A stretch of 64,000 nt of DNA, from the NCBI RefSeq assembly GCF_009914755.1, contig NC_060931.1. One strand, given 5' to 3'. This document shows positions 12,421 to 27,955 of the stretch, in pieces (positions within the stretch are counted from its first letter, which is position 1; each line of letters starts with the position of its first letter). The notes under the pieces are model-generated. The model made no database searches and was not told the DNA's origin. It worked only from the letters and a program-made list of their open reading frames with translations. Position numbers and translations under genes: made by a program. The stretch comes from the human T2T-CHM13v2.0 reference genome, Homo sapiens.

Positions 12421-12740
12421 AGCCATTTGAAATGATGTCTGATTAGGCAAACCTGATAATTTCTATGAATGTCCCTAAAGTTTGAATGTAAGGTCAAAAA
12501 AAATCATACAAAATGTTTAAAAACAATAACAATTCATCAAATCATTGCCCATGTCTGGTAAAGTTTCCACTAACCTAACTACCTATATGAGAGAATTCCA
12601 ATACATAATGCAGGTTTATCTGCTGGAGACACAGACATCAAAAAAAGAAAGTAAAAGAAGCATCTTAGTGCTTGCAAGTAAACAGTGAGATCCTCAATTG
12701 CCTCCCTGCTATTTACTCTCAGATTATGAAATGCAGGATG

Positions 12741-13136
<396 letters not shown>

Positions 13137-14502
13137 TTAGGTAGTTGGAAATCTAGCTTCTGGACCACTTTCCCCTTCATAAATGCCTTTGAAGACAATA
13201 GTGTAACATAAAACACCCATGTAAAACAGAGGATGGTGCCTGGTCCTGGCGAACTGAGTTCTTGAAGAAAGAGCAAATCCATTCCAATAGACCTGTGTGA
13301 GTCAGGATTGGAGGCAGAAAGCCCAGGGACTTGGTTTTTTGTTTTTTGTTTCTTTTTCTTGTGCTAAATCTGTTTACACTCTCAGAATTTAAAGTGTGGT
13401 GGTAATAGAATATTCCATCTTTAGCTGAGAACTGGAACTCGAGCAAAAATATCCAATGCTGTTTTCATTATGGTCTGCAATTTGCAGCATGTAACAAGCA
13501 CACATTGGTGTAGATTAACTAAAAATGTGTTGCTATGTTGTTTGCTTGTTTGTTTTGCACAACAGAAAGACTGAGATGGACAGAGAAAGGCTAGCGGAGA
13601 AATTTTAAGATACCATTAAAGGCCCAAATTTCCACTCCTCAGCTCCTTCTTTCATTCAATCATCACAATGTCCTTACCAGGTGGGGCTCAAGAACAGGTG
13701 AGGAGATAAATTCATCACCTATATTGAGAAAGAAAACACAAATTGAGTTTCTTTGACTTATTGAGAAATTTTATGGAGGTCTACTATAAAATACATGTTT
13801 ACAAATATCCAATACACAATTTGAGCATTCACTAATAGTTAAAATGCAGTAAAAAATTATCATTTCTCTGTCATTTCTTCATTCATTTTATGTTTTACAT
13901 ATCTATTTAAGATCCACGCATTTTTCCTTTTTTCACATTTTAAAATAATTAGCTCTTACAACACTTGGCACACAAAGTTCTTGTTGAAAAATTATTTATT
14001 GGTGAGTATTTTTCTCTGTAGTAAATTTATTTCTTGTTTCTACCTTTTGTTTTTCCTTGCAGTCTAATCTTACCAGTTCACTAAATTTGTCATTTAATTT
14101 TTTATCTGCCTATATTTAGCTGATATTTTATACTTATATAATTAATAGTTCTCTATGTTTACATATAGTTTTCTTAGAAATCATTTTATTTCAAAAGCAG
14201 GAATTCACAACAGTTAATTTCCTAGAAAAAATATGCATGTTTACATTTATTTTCCTAACTGAAGACACAGGGTTTACTTCTATTAGTTTTTTGAATGCTT
14301 CCTGTGTTATATATTCATTTTTGGCAATATGTTATATAGATTGTTTAACTGCTACTTTCCTAATCATTTTGTAATTTTAAAATCATGTATCTTTTACTAT
14401 TATCCTAATTTATATGTTTTGGTGTTCTTTACACATCCTCAATTCAATCTTACTGTCAATAATAGCAACTGCCATGAATAAGCCACTATGTATTATTTAT
14501 AA

Positions 14503-14720
14503 CAAAGTTCAGCAAACTATAGCCTCTCACGCCAAATTTGCCCTGTTCTGCCTATGTTGGTAAAGGAAGTGTGATTAGAATACAGCTAGGCCCATTTGTC
14601 TACATGATGTCTATGAGTGGTTTTTTTACTATAATAGTAGAGAAGAATAATGGTGATGGAGAACTTATGGCTGGCAAAATTGAAAATATTTACTGTTACA
14701 TACAAAGTTTGTCAACCTTG
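14503..14720. mobile_element. MER58A-like hAT-Charlie MITE
   Basis: Degenerate TIRs caaagttcagcaaact / agtttgtcaaccttg; internal aaaatatttact; ~220 bp. Confidence 0.75.
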
Positions 14721-15539
14721 ATCTAAACAGACACACATACACACACACATATTCCCCTTTGACATGTAAAGCAAATTTTAACCAATAAGATAAAATATTG
14801 ACAATTTACTATCATATACTATGGGTTTGTCTAGCACTTAAAGGTTATTCCTAAAAAGCATAAAAATAAATATCAGGCAGCTGTGAAATCTAGAAATTTA
14901 TATAGTTTTTGAAAGGAAAAAATATGCTTTCACAATACAGTAGGAGAATATTAAACTTAATTACATAGAGTTGAAATTGTTAATACAGGAAATACCTATA
15001 ATAGGATATATTCTTTCAAGGGATCAAAAAAGATGACGTTTCTTAAAGATACATTTGCTACCTGACTATTGTAATTTTAGTTCTTTGTTAAAAATATTCT
15101 ACATTATGGAGACAATAGCCTTAGCAATTACAGAATAGTAACAACATATGCATATTAAAGAGCATTTCCATTTCTCTTTATGTATAATCCCATTTTATTA
15201 AGTTCTTATTCCTCAGAACTAACTCTATTTGAATAAATGCACTTCATTTCACATCAATAAACCCTGAAGGTGACATAAAATTTGACAGTGATGTAAGTGG
15301 CAAACCACTATCTATTTCTTGCATGTCTGTTCTAGAGTATTAATCGTGCTGTTGGTATTTAAAGGGTTGCAATGAACATTCCCGTTGGTATTCTATGGCA
15401 ATTTAATCACACTACCATTCATCATTAAGCGTTACCCTGTGGATAATATCACTCACCGCAGGGCTGATATTATGATACACTGGGGGGACCTGGCAGCTTT
15501 GTCTTCATTAGCTGACTTATGTAGTGACTTGTAAGATTA

Positions 15540-15910
15540 AATGTCATCAATGACCTCCTAATTGCCAAACCCATTGGCCTCCTTAGAGCTCTCATGCTAA
15601 TCGTCCTTTCTGCAGTATTTGACCCTGCTACAAAACTGCATTATTTTTACACTCTCTTCTCTTTGCTTCCTTGGTACTACACTTTCTTGGTTCAGTCCTT
15701 TTCTAAAAATGTTTATGTTCAATCTCTTTTAAGGACTTTATTTCCTCTGCCTTGTTCTTAAAAGCATTCCCAAGATCTCATGATGAAGAGCGTTTTGCTT
15801 TGTATCCCTCTCTCCGGGGTTATTTTCACTTTCATGAATTTACTATCACTTCTCAGAGCAGAATTTTTCTCCTGTCTGGAGTCAACATTTCAATGACTTA
15901 GGGACGCTAG
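15540..15910 (+). mobile_element. L2 ORF2 remnant
   Basis: gtcatcaatgacctcctaattgccaaacccattgg...tctgcagtatttgac matches the L2 RT region. Confidence 0.7.
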
Positions 15911-16234
15911 TTAGGTTCATAGGGAGGGAAAAAGGAAGAGAAAAAAAGAGTTAAAGTAAGAAAGGTCTTTTATTATAAATAACTAATCCTTCATGTTCTA
16001 GACTTTAGGCCCAACATGAGAACGGATTATGAACATCTGTCACAATCAGAATTTCAATAAATATCACCCAATTTACCTTTCCACTACCTAATGTCAAATT
16101 ATAATGTATTTCTACATGCTGAGAGTTGATCATTTGATAAGCGATATCAAGTATATATTTAGTTAAAATATAATGAATCATTTTATGATTTATTGACCAA
16201 TATGATTTATTGGCCAATATCGGCCAATATCTTC

Positions 16235-16755
16235 TATCAAACACCAGGAAGGATCTGGGAATTTACCTTACTTGCAAGCTAATAGCTTAGCTTGGCACAG
16301 CTTCATGGATTCTGGCAGAAGATGCAACACTTCTGGGTCAGAGACAAAGGGCCATTTGTTATTAAGAGCAAGAGCCATGGCTAAAGCATCTGCATTGGTG
16401 CCAGTTCTTCAAGCCCCTGATCCCACAGGTGACACAGAGTGTTAAGCAATGCCCATGCTTGCAGTAGGTTGTGTTAAAAGAGAGGAACCACCATTTTAGG
16501 AAAACCAAATCATTTATAAAAGACAGTAAGCCTGCTTTGACCTTTGCCCAGAGAAAGGCATTGTCTTTGTTATTCTGGACAGTAAATAAACCTGCACTTT
16601 TCTCTGGGATGTAGGAGTGTGGGGGTGTTGAGAGGACACTATATTCCAAGATCATTTAGTATATGAACATCCTTAGCAAGATAGTCTAGAACTAGGCAGT
16701 CCCACTCCCGAGACATGCAAAAATGTGACAGACCCATGGAGAATTTTCCTCAGTA
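16235..16755 (-). mobile_element. MER76-like (ERVL-class) 3' LTR
   Basis: tacttgcaagctaa; ttcatggattctggcagaaga; aacatccttagcaagatagtc; gacccatggagaatt; homologous to 17890-18392; PPT-like taccccttgt (minus strand acaaggggta) at 16761-16770. Confidence 0.75.
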
Positions 16756-17889
16756 ATATTTACCCCTTGTTTCTACACTGTTTCCCATGAGTCTGCCACT
16801 CTTGCAGTCACTCTAATTAATCTGACTGGCAGAAGCTGGTATCAAATTTATTTAATGTATCTCAAATGTCATTTAATTAAGACTACTTTCAATGGGACTC
16901 AACGTTGAAGGATGAGTCCCACCTGAAATATTGACTTCATTTATGCTTGCATTCAACCAGGTTAAAAAAAAAAATCTCAGTAACCATCAGGATCAATTTT
17001 TGAAAGCCGAGTGGCTTGCTCTTTAAGTTTCTGAGTTGATCTTTCTATTTGATTCTAGGCAATAATCCAGGTAGAGGAGGATGCATTCTTTATGGTCCTG
17101 CCTCCATCTTGACCCACTGGGAAGAAGTTTAGCACAAGTCAGTAGTCTGTAACTTTCCTTGCCAGGGAGTTAAGGCAGACCTGAATGCCTTCCGAAGACA
17201 CCATGGTGTCATTTATCACTGTGGGTCAAGTCAGCACAAAGTGTTGTAACAAGTTTTCTAATAGGATGATTCCCATCACAGAGAAAACTGCCATCAGTGC
17301 GGGCTTAAATAATCAATTAGTTATCCCTCTGGGAAGTTCCGCTGAATAACCAGGGTTGGCCTCATTTTGGAGATATGCCCGCAATTGCCTGAGGGCTATA
17401 TGATTTCCTGAGGGTATTGCTTTAAGACTTAAAGATTACTTACTACCACCACTAAGGTGGTGCAATTCACTAGGTTTTTTTTTTTCAGGGTGGAATGGGG
17501 TTGGGAGGGATAGGAAGCAAGTTAATTCCTGATTTCCACACAAATAGTACAATTTTGAGGACACACATGGTGCCCCTGGAAGGACAGTGTTGTTTACAAG
17601 CAGGACCTAGATCATAGATTAGTCAGGGGTGCTGTGTGACAGTGCCTACAACATAACCTCCCAGACAGCTGCTAGCTCTAAAGGTACACTAACCCACCCC
17701 ACTCCCTCTTATTAGCAGACAACATAGTAGAGGTCCACTTACGGCCCATTTGGCAATACGATTTGTAAACATGTTCATCACTGATTCCCATGGAATTTCT
17801 TCCAATTACTCTGATCAACCCATGAGGTCCTCATTCTTCCTGTTTAATTAAGCTGCATCTTTGTCACATCCCATCCTCATCATTTAAAC
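16756..17889 (-). pseudogene. env: Short ERV internal region containing a decayed gamma-type env (TM subunit)
   Basis: Minus-strand translation ~17345-16985: VINDTMVSSEGIQVCLNSLARKVTDY*LVLNFFPVGQDGGRTIKNASSSTWIIA*NQIERSTQKLKEQATRLSKIDPDG, with heptad repeat, immunosuppressive domain and degenerate CX6CC in the expected spacing. Confidence 0.8.
17868..17885 (-). promoter_or_regulatory. Primer binding site, tRNA-Ser(GCT)-like
   Basis: Plus strand atcccatcctcatca versus tRNA-Ser 3' end atcccatcctcgtcg(cca); both differences are CpG decay; lies immediately inside the 5' LTR. Confidence 0.7.
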
Positions 17890-18392
17890 AGTCAAGAACT
17901 GTGAAGCATTCGAGATTGTGCTCTTCTAGCAAGCTAACAAATTAAGTTGCCTTAGTTTCATGGATCCAAGCAGAAGACGCAAATCTCGTAGTCAGAAAAA
18001 AAAGACAGATTAGTACTCACAGAAATAGTAGCAGTTGAATATCAGAATTTGCACTGGTTCCTGAAACTCCAAGTCCCACTGGGTGACATAACAGGGTTAG
18101 ATATACCTTCACTTGGAGTAAGTGAAACAGGAAAGGGACCCTAAGCTTGGGAACCTGAATCTTTCATAATAGAGAGGAAGCCTTTTAGCTCTTTTTCTGG
18201 AGGAGGTCGTAATACTTTTTCACACTGGAGAGCAAACCAACTTGCCCATTTCTTCTTTCACTCTATTCCAAGGCTGTTAACTATGCAAACATCCTTGAAA
18301 AGACAGACCAGAACAAGGGTGGAGGGTGGCCAGCACCTCTGCTCACAAGATGTGAGGAACAGGAGAGAGCCATGGGAAATCATTCACGAATA
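17890..18392 (-). mobile_element. MER76-like 5' LTR
   Basis: gcaagctaacaa; tttcatggatccaagcagaagac; ttccaaggctgttaactatgcaaacatccttgaaaagacag; diverged direct repeat of 16235-16755. Confidence 0.75.
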
Positions 18393-18667
18393 TCCTATAA
18401 TTGAAATAATTATTAGAAGAAAAAAAAAAAAGACCAGGAATAGTGTTTACAGAGCTCTTCCAAAAAGAGATGTGAAGCAAGCAAAGCATTCTTTAAAACC
18501 CACCTCTTGGCCAGGCGCTGTGGCTCACTCCTGTAATCCCAGCACTTTGGGAGGCGGAGGTGGGTGGATCACGAGATCAGGAGATGGAGACCATCCTGGC
18601 TAACAGGGTGAAACCCCGTCTCTATTAAAAATACAAACAATTAGCCAGGCGTGGTGGCAGGTGCCTG

Positions 18668-19572
<905 letters not shown>

Positions 19573-19959
19573 CTACAAAGTGAGACTCCACCCAAAAACA
19601 AAACAAAACAAAATTATCTTCCATTCTGAGATGGGCATTCTAGAGAGCCTTGAAAAGCCTGAATTCTGTCTTACGTCCTTCTGCTACAGGAATGGAAAGG
19701 CTGTAGATAATAGAGGCTCATGTACAGTGGGCTTACGCCAACATCATTAGGAAATTTTGAGCAAACTGAGGAGATAAATTGACTCCCACAAGAAAGAAAA
19801 GACAAAGAAAGCAGGAGAGACATAGGATATTGAATAAGACAGTTTAAAAAACTGAGAAGGCAGTGAAAATGGATACATACCATCATGGCAAATTTTGAAG
19901 GTGTGAACAAGTGAAGAGTGGGTTATGTGATTTTCAGAAATCTCTTATCAACTCTGGAT

Positions 19960-20760
<801 letters not shown>

Positions 20761-22619
20761 AGGCATATTACTTTTAAAAGAAAACATTTGGTTCAGTTTC
20801 CCCCAAAAACATTATATTTAATTGGAACTTTATTTTAGAGAGATTAGAATTTAAAACTGAACATTTTCTTAAAGGTAAACAGGAACAAATCAAAACATCT
20901 CCAATGCAAATTGTTTGAATATTCTTGAGTACAAGGATAAACAGTCACTTGAGTCTGGAAATAACCTGGGATGTCCTGTCTTTCCTGGTACTGATGATCC
21001 CATTTTATATGTATATACTTCCTCTTACGGTGCAGTTTAAGCATTGTTAATTATGTCACTAAGCTTCTGGTCTTTAAGCCTAGAGAGTAGATATTGGCTA
21101 GGCCATTTTTCTATTGCTCAAAATGATACATTTTTCTTAAACAAACCCAAAAATTCTCTAGACAAATGATTTCTGGCTGGATCCTTAAAAATGCTATTTC
21201 TCTAATGATTCTTTTGCTCTTCTAACAGCTCTTTTCATTGGTCCATTTTTTTTTTCTCATTGAGCCTTTTTTCCATGATATTCTAGAACCCTTTCCTTTT
21301 GGAAGCAGGCATATTCAATTTCAATAGTACATTTGGAATTACATGACAAATTCTGAGAGATATATTCAGCTAATTTTAGCATGGTATATTGCTTCCATTT
21401 GACTTAGGCATGTGGAGGTCAGAGACTTATACCATGTTGGCTACCATTCTGTCTCCAGCCGAAGACCTTTAGCAGGCCTGTGAAATGATTGCAAAGTGGC
21501 TAATCTATTAGCAATTTTCTCAAATGTGTAATTGGCCTTTTGTTGCATCATCATTTTAATGGACACAGAGAGGTGAGAGATGAAAATAGAATTAATGGTG
21601 ATCTTAGAAAGGGCACTAAACTTTCAAGTCTAATATCTTCCACCATTTCAGTGCCAGCAAACACCACCACACAGGATAGGTATGAATAACTATACATCGA
21701 CAAAACATCTTATCTTTTAAGTGGCTTTGGCCCAATAACAATATTTTGTAAAGAAACCTGTACGTGTGAAAAGCAAGAATGTTTATTCTCTGCAAATTTA
21801 TAATTATTATGGTTTAACCTGTAGCATCAAAAGGTCAAGTAAAGGATATAGTCTAACCCTAGATCAATCACCTACTAAGTTTATAGGGATGATGAGACTG
21901 TGCTAATATTCTTCTACTGGAAAATCAAATCAAAGTGCGTTTATTAGGTAAAGTGAGTTAGACATCATTTTTCTGAGACCACAAGGCAGTTTAGCTAATA
22001 TAATAGGGTGTAGAAATAGACCTTAAAGTTAGAACCTACTTCAACCAGGCATGGCCACTTTCAACTTTGTCACACCCTCAACTTCATGGTCTAGTGTCTA
22101 CAGTGCTCTGCTCTCAGCTTCTTTTATTTGAACATGTGAGCTCTCTCTTCCCCTCCTGACCCAATTCCTCCACCAAGGGCCATATTATAACTGATATCTC
22201 GAAAGCACTGAATTTGGTTGCGATATCACTAGATGTTTATGATACATAACTTCACAATACCTTCTTACGTGTCGCCATGAAAGATGACAAGCTAATTGGT
22301 TCTCTTCACTGTGTAAAATCTGGGACTGCTAAATTGGCTGACTGAAACATACAACGGGTATCAGAAAAGTGCATTTTTGCAGCCTTTGGCATAACCTGTT
22401 CTTTGGACTATATCTGTGAAATCCTAATATGTTTGCTAATAGTTGCTTGATTCATAACTCTGGCATTTATTTCTCCCTTAAGGAAACTTTACTTGTATAT
22501 TCAGTAGCCTTCTGGTGTGCTCCATTTGTAAATCTACTGTGTATGTAGAAATCAACATACAATAAATGTCTTCCTCCTTAAATGAGACCATTCTCTAAAT
22601 ACTCCCGACATCAAACGTA

Positions 22620-23686
<1,067 letters not shown>

Positions 23687-23893
23687 TTTGGTTCAGTTTT
23701 GGACTGGAATTCACATTAATTTTCTCTCCATTTTCTGCTTTTCTAAATGACAGTGTTCTTTGAACACATCTTGTGTTTTATCTACTGTTTTAAATTGGGC
23801 ATGTTAGGAATAAACATTTCTGTTAGTCCATAGATTTCAAAGTTATGTATGAGAAGCCATACAAGGTTCAGACTGAGAGAAATAGAAAAGACT

Positions 23894-24185
23894 GGCTGGG
23901 TGTGTTGGCTCACATCTGTAATCCAACACTTTGGGAGACCAAGGCAAGAAGATTGCTTGAACCCAGGAGTTCAAGACCAGCCTAGGCAACGTGGCAAGAC
24001 CTGGTCTCTACTAAAAATTTACAAAATTAGTCGGGTGCAGTGGGGCACAGCTGTAGTCCTAGCTACTCAGGAGGCTGAGGTAGGAGGGTCGCTTGAGCAC
24101 AGGAGATTAAGGCTGCAGTGAGCCTTAATCATGCCTCTTCACTCCAGTCTGGGTGACAGAGCAAAATCGTGTCTCTGAAAAAAAA
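23894..24185 (+). mobile_element. AluJ
   Basis: gattgcttgaacccaggagttcaagaccagcctaggcaac; ggctgcagtgagc; TSD aaaagact at 23886-23893 and 24186-24193. Confidence 0.92.
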
Positions 24186-24332
24186 AAAAGACTTAGAAAT
24201 TTAAAACTTAGAAATACCTCCATTGGCTGGCTGTGTTTTTGAAGTAGGTGTGGCTTTGATTATATGTAACTTTTTTGTATTAGAATAAGGAATAAATTTA
24301 AATTGTATTTTACAAAGAAAGGCATTGATGCC

Positions 24333-24339
24333 TGTGTGT

Positions 24340-24382
<43 letters not shown>
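24333..24382 (+). repeat. (TG)n microsatellite, ~25 units with one interruption
   Basis: Seen directly. Confidence 0.97.
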
Positions 24383-24386
<4 letters not shown>

Positions 24387-24499
24387 CACGCCAGGCAGCC
24401 ATGAATTAACAGCATCCAGTGTTTACTGTTGTGTATGACAGCACATACTCTGGTCCCACAGTGGGAAAATGGCACTGCCATGCAGAGGGAGATAATCAC

Positions 24500-24780
24500 A
24501 TTGACGGGCAGCAGTGATTAACCTTGAGCTGGGTTTGTGCTCTGGCTGTGTCTGCTCCAGGGTGCTGCTCCTGGTGTCATGGGCATGAACGGTAGAGAGC
24601 CTGAAACTCATGTGCTGAAAAAAACAGAGACAAGAAACAACCTTGAGAAAGGGAGTCCATGCAGTCTGGTTTGATCTCCAACCTGCAGCTCTTGATTTCA
24701 CTTACTTAAACAAAAATTGTTTTATGTAAACAAGTTCAGCTTGGATATGAGGGCTTTGCAACCTAAGAGCCATGAATAAC
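24500..24780 (+). mobile_element. Old MLT1 (J/K/L-like) LTR remnant
   Basis: 3' end aaacaagttcagcttggatatgagggctttgcaacctaagagc resembles the old MLT1 terminus. Confidence 0.45.
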
Positions 24781-24819
24781 TGAGAAATTGTTAGAAAGGC
24801 TTTGTGTGTGCCCTAAAAA

Positions 24820-24965
24820 TCTGGATTAGCAACTTGCCCAATATGCTTTGCATCTCAGAATATTTGTTTATTCATTTGTTAAATGGCAATAATAATACCT
24901 ACTTTGCTTTTTAAAAAAGATTAAATGAGACAATATGTACAAAGTGTTTACCAAAGCACTCACCT
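24820..24965 (+). mobile_element. MIR SINE
   Basis: ttcatttgttaaatggcaataataatacctact...gattaaatgagacaatatgtacaaagtgttta. Confidence 0.7.
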
Positions 24966-27481
24966 TTCCCCCTAGAAATGCTTAGTTTGTACCTCTACTA
25001 ATACTACCAGCACCAGAACCACAGCAACAGAACTGCCCTAGCCTGTGCAGTGTCACTGAAAAATTTATCCACAGACACTCCGACTTTTGGGTAGTCCCTC
25101 ACTGACTCTCAATATTTGTTGACTGTACTTCTCCTCAGACAGTTATGTGTACAGAGGATTATAATATTTAACAGATTTGACTTCATTAGCAAGAGTTAAA
25201 CACCAGGTGTTTATTATGTTGGAAAAGTCAATGTTTGAGGACAGAATTGTCTATCTTTCAACCTGTTATTATTGCATCATAAATAGAAATGAAAATAATA
25301 CCACCTACCACTTAAAAAATGGCCATGAATTTATTCTTCGTAATTGTTCAGTTCATCTACAATTGTTTCAGTACTGTGAAGATATACCATAAATAGCCAC
25401 TAACTAATGACAAAGTATTTTATAAAATTATTTTTCTCTCAAAATTCCTCTTAAAAATGTTAACTAATTTTCAAGTGTGTTTGATAATTGGTGAACTGCC
25501 TCTGCTAATAAATTCAGTCTACCATGAAAAACATCATAAGGGTAGTACATTGGCTATTTTCATAAATAGATGAATTTCATACTTCCCCACTAATAAAATA
25601 CTTGTTATATATTTATTTCACCTTCATTTATTGATATTTTCTTGGGCATATAACAGTAACTTAAAATATGAATCAAGAAAATAATATTTGACATTCTGCA
25701 ATAAATTATTTTAAAGAAAAATTGTCATATCTAATTTATTCTGTATCCTTATTGAGATAGTTTGACTTTTCTGCTACAAAGTTGAAGACTGTTGGTTTAA
25801 ATTCAGCATTAATAATTACTGAACTTACTGAAAGATGCATTGCTTTACATTATTCAGCCAATAATACAATGTGGGATATTTCTCTTCTACTAAGCTACGG
25901 AAAGTATGCCACATTAATTTTCTGCTTATTTAAGGACCAAGTGCATTTAAATGCATCCCACATTTCTCTCTTCAAAGATATGCTTTGACAGTGTATTATA
26001 ATGTACAAAACTTTTGGAAGACAACAAAAATGACAAAGTCCTTGTGAAATAAAGGCTTCAAGATAACTGAATCATGCCTCATGAGAGTAAACAGAAATAT
26101 TCGTCTAATCATTCTGAAACTATCATTTCTCTTTTTTTGCTATTAGATTCTATACGTGGTAACAACGTGCATTGACAAAGTTTTATTTGCCAATTATTCT
26201 AACAGTAATAAGACATCTTGCTGAGTAACTGGCAATTGATCACAGGAGAGTGCTAGAGATGTGTCCTGCTAAATGTGATAGCATCTTATTCAGAACCAGA
26301 AAATGCTGCAGACATTGATGTCAGCTTTGAGTTTTATATTTGTTTGTATTTTGCTGTTAAGAGTTAACATGGCATTCAGTAAGCTAAGAGCACTTCCATT
26401 ATATCTTGAAATCTCATTAGTCATTTTTAGAAAAGTGGGGTTTATTCTTGTGAATGTATTGAGGATACATCAAGCCTTTGCTGAGTGCTATGAGCCATAA
26501 TAGATACTGTTCTAACGTGCTTAAAGAAAACATAGCATTTATGTTGAAATCTTTAAGATATGCCATTACTTTGTCAATTAAAAATGCCTCTTCTCAAGGA
26601 GATAGTTATACATTCATTAATATAGCATTTGAAAAAAAGTTTTCCAACAAATGAATAATGAACAAGAACTGAGATAAAGAAATATTCTTGTGGAATTATC
26701 ATATTTAATATATTTTATTCAACAAATATCTTAGAGCAGCAGCTGAGTTCTAGGCACAGCCTAAGGGACAGAGACTCAGCAATGAAGGAAACAGGGGATT
26801 GAGGGGGAAACCCCACCTTTGGGGACTCACATGCATGATCGCAAAAGATACTTGACTGTTTGGGATGCGTGGTGTTGTGTTGAATCATGAATGATGAATT
26901 AATATAAAGTAAATACTTAATCCTATAGATCACTTGAACTATTGAGACTATTCCTAAGATAAAGTTGGAGAAATGTATGTTAAAATACTAGCAAATCAAT
27001 AACTCAGTATCATCGAAAAGTAAAATCTCTACTTGCACATTTGATTAACTCATGTTTATTCATTATAATTTAGATTCTATCCACTCTTAAGGTAAAATAG
27101 GCACTGAAATATGCAAACCTGATTAATTACAAATTAAAGAGAAAATAAGAATAATGGGATTGCTAGTATTAAGTATTTTATAAATGTTTAATTTATTTTG
27201 GCTTTAACTTTATTTTCATTTATGATCTGACCAACATAAAGTGATTTTTTAGGACATAAACATGTGGGTAAATGATAAATTAGTCGTGTAAAATCATATC
27301 AAGAAAGTAAAACAAATATGTGAACTAACAATAACGGCAGAAATCTAAAATTAAGAGATGCAAATATGTTTGATTTTTTTTCCTGACTTTTGTCCAAATG
27401 TCACATATAATATGACCCATATAAATCAATTGTTTTTCTTAGGACATCATTAATAATGCAGGAGAAAATATATGCAGACTA

Positions 27482-27955
27482 TGTGGCTGGATAACGTTCC
27501 CCCAAAGATATTCATAACCTAATCCATGAAACCTGTGAATATGTTGCCTTCCATGGCAAAAGGAATTTTGAAGATGAGATTAGTCTAAGGAGTTTGGAAA
27601 GGGGAGATTATTCTGGATTACCTGAGTGAATCCAATGTAATCACCAAGGTCCTTACCTGAGACAGGCAGAAGGTCTCAGTCATAGTGGGAGAGTTGACGA
27701 TGGTGGCAGAGGCTGGACTGACGTGAGGAGGTGGCCACGAGCCAAGGTGTGTGGGCAGCCAGCCACTGGAAGCTGGAGAAGGTAAATCTCTCCCGTAGAG
27801 CCTTCCAGAGAAGCACAGGTCTGCTGACACCTTAATTCGAATCCCTAAAACCCTCTTCAAACTTCTGACTTTCAGAACTGTAAGGTAATAAATTCATGCT
27901 GTGCTAGGCCATTAAGCTTGTGGTAATTTGTTATAATAGCAATAGTCAACTCACA
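27482..27955 (+). mobile_element. MLT1D-like solo LTR
   Basis: tgtgg...cccccaaagat; acctgtgaatatgtt; ggagattattctggatta; aataaa near 27887; TSD gacta/cacta. Confidence 0.9.

Noticed and set aside
15431-15447. gttaccctgtggataa resembling mitochondrial 16S rRNA or an I-SceI-like site
   Set aside because: The match is too short and the flanks show no rRNA/NUMT similarity
17868-17885. tRNA gene
   Set aside because: Only the 3' ~15 nt match a tRNA; its position next to an LTR identifies it as a primer binding site
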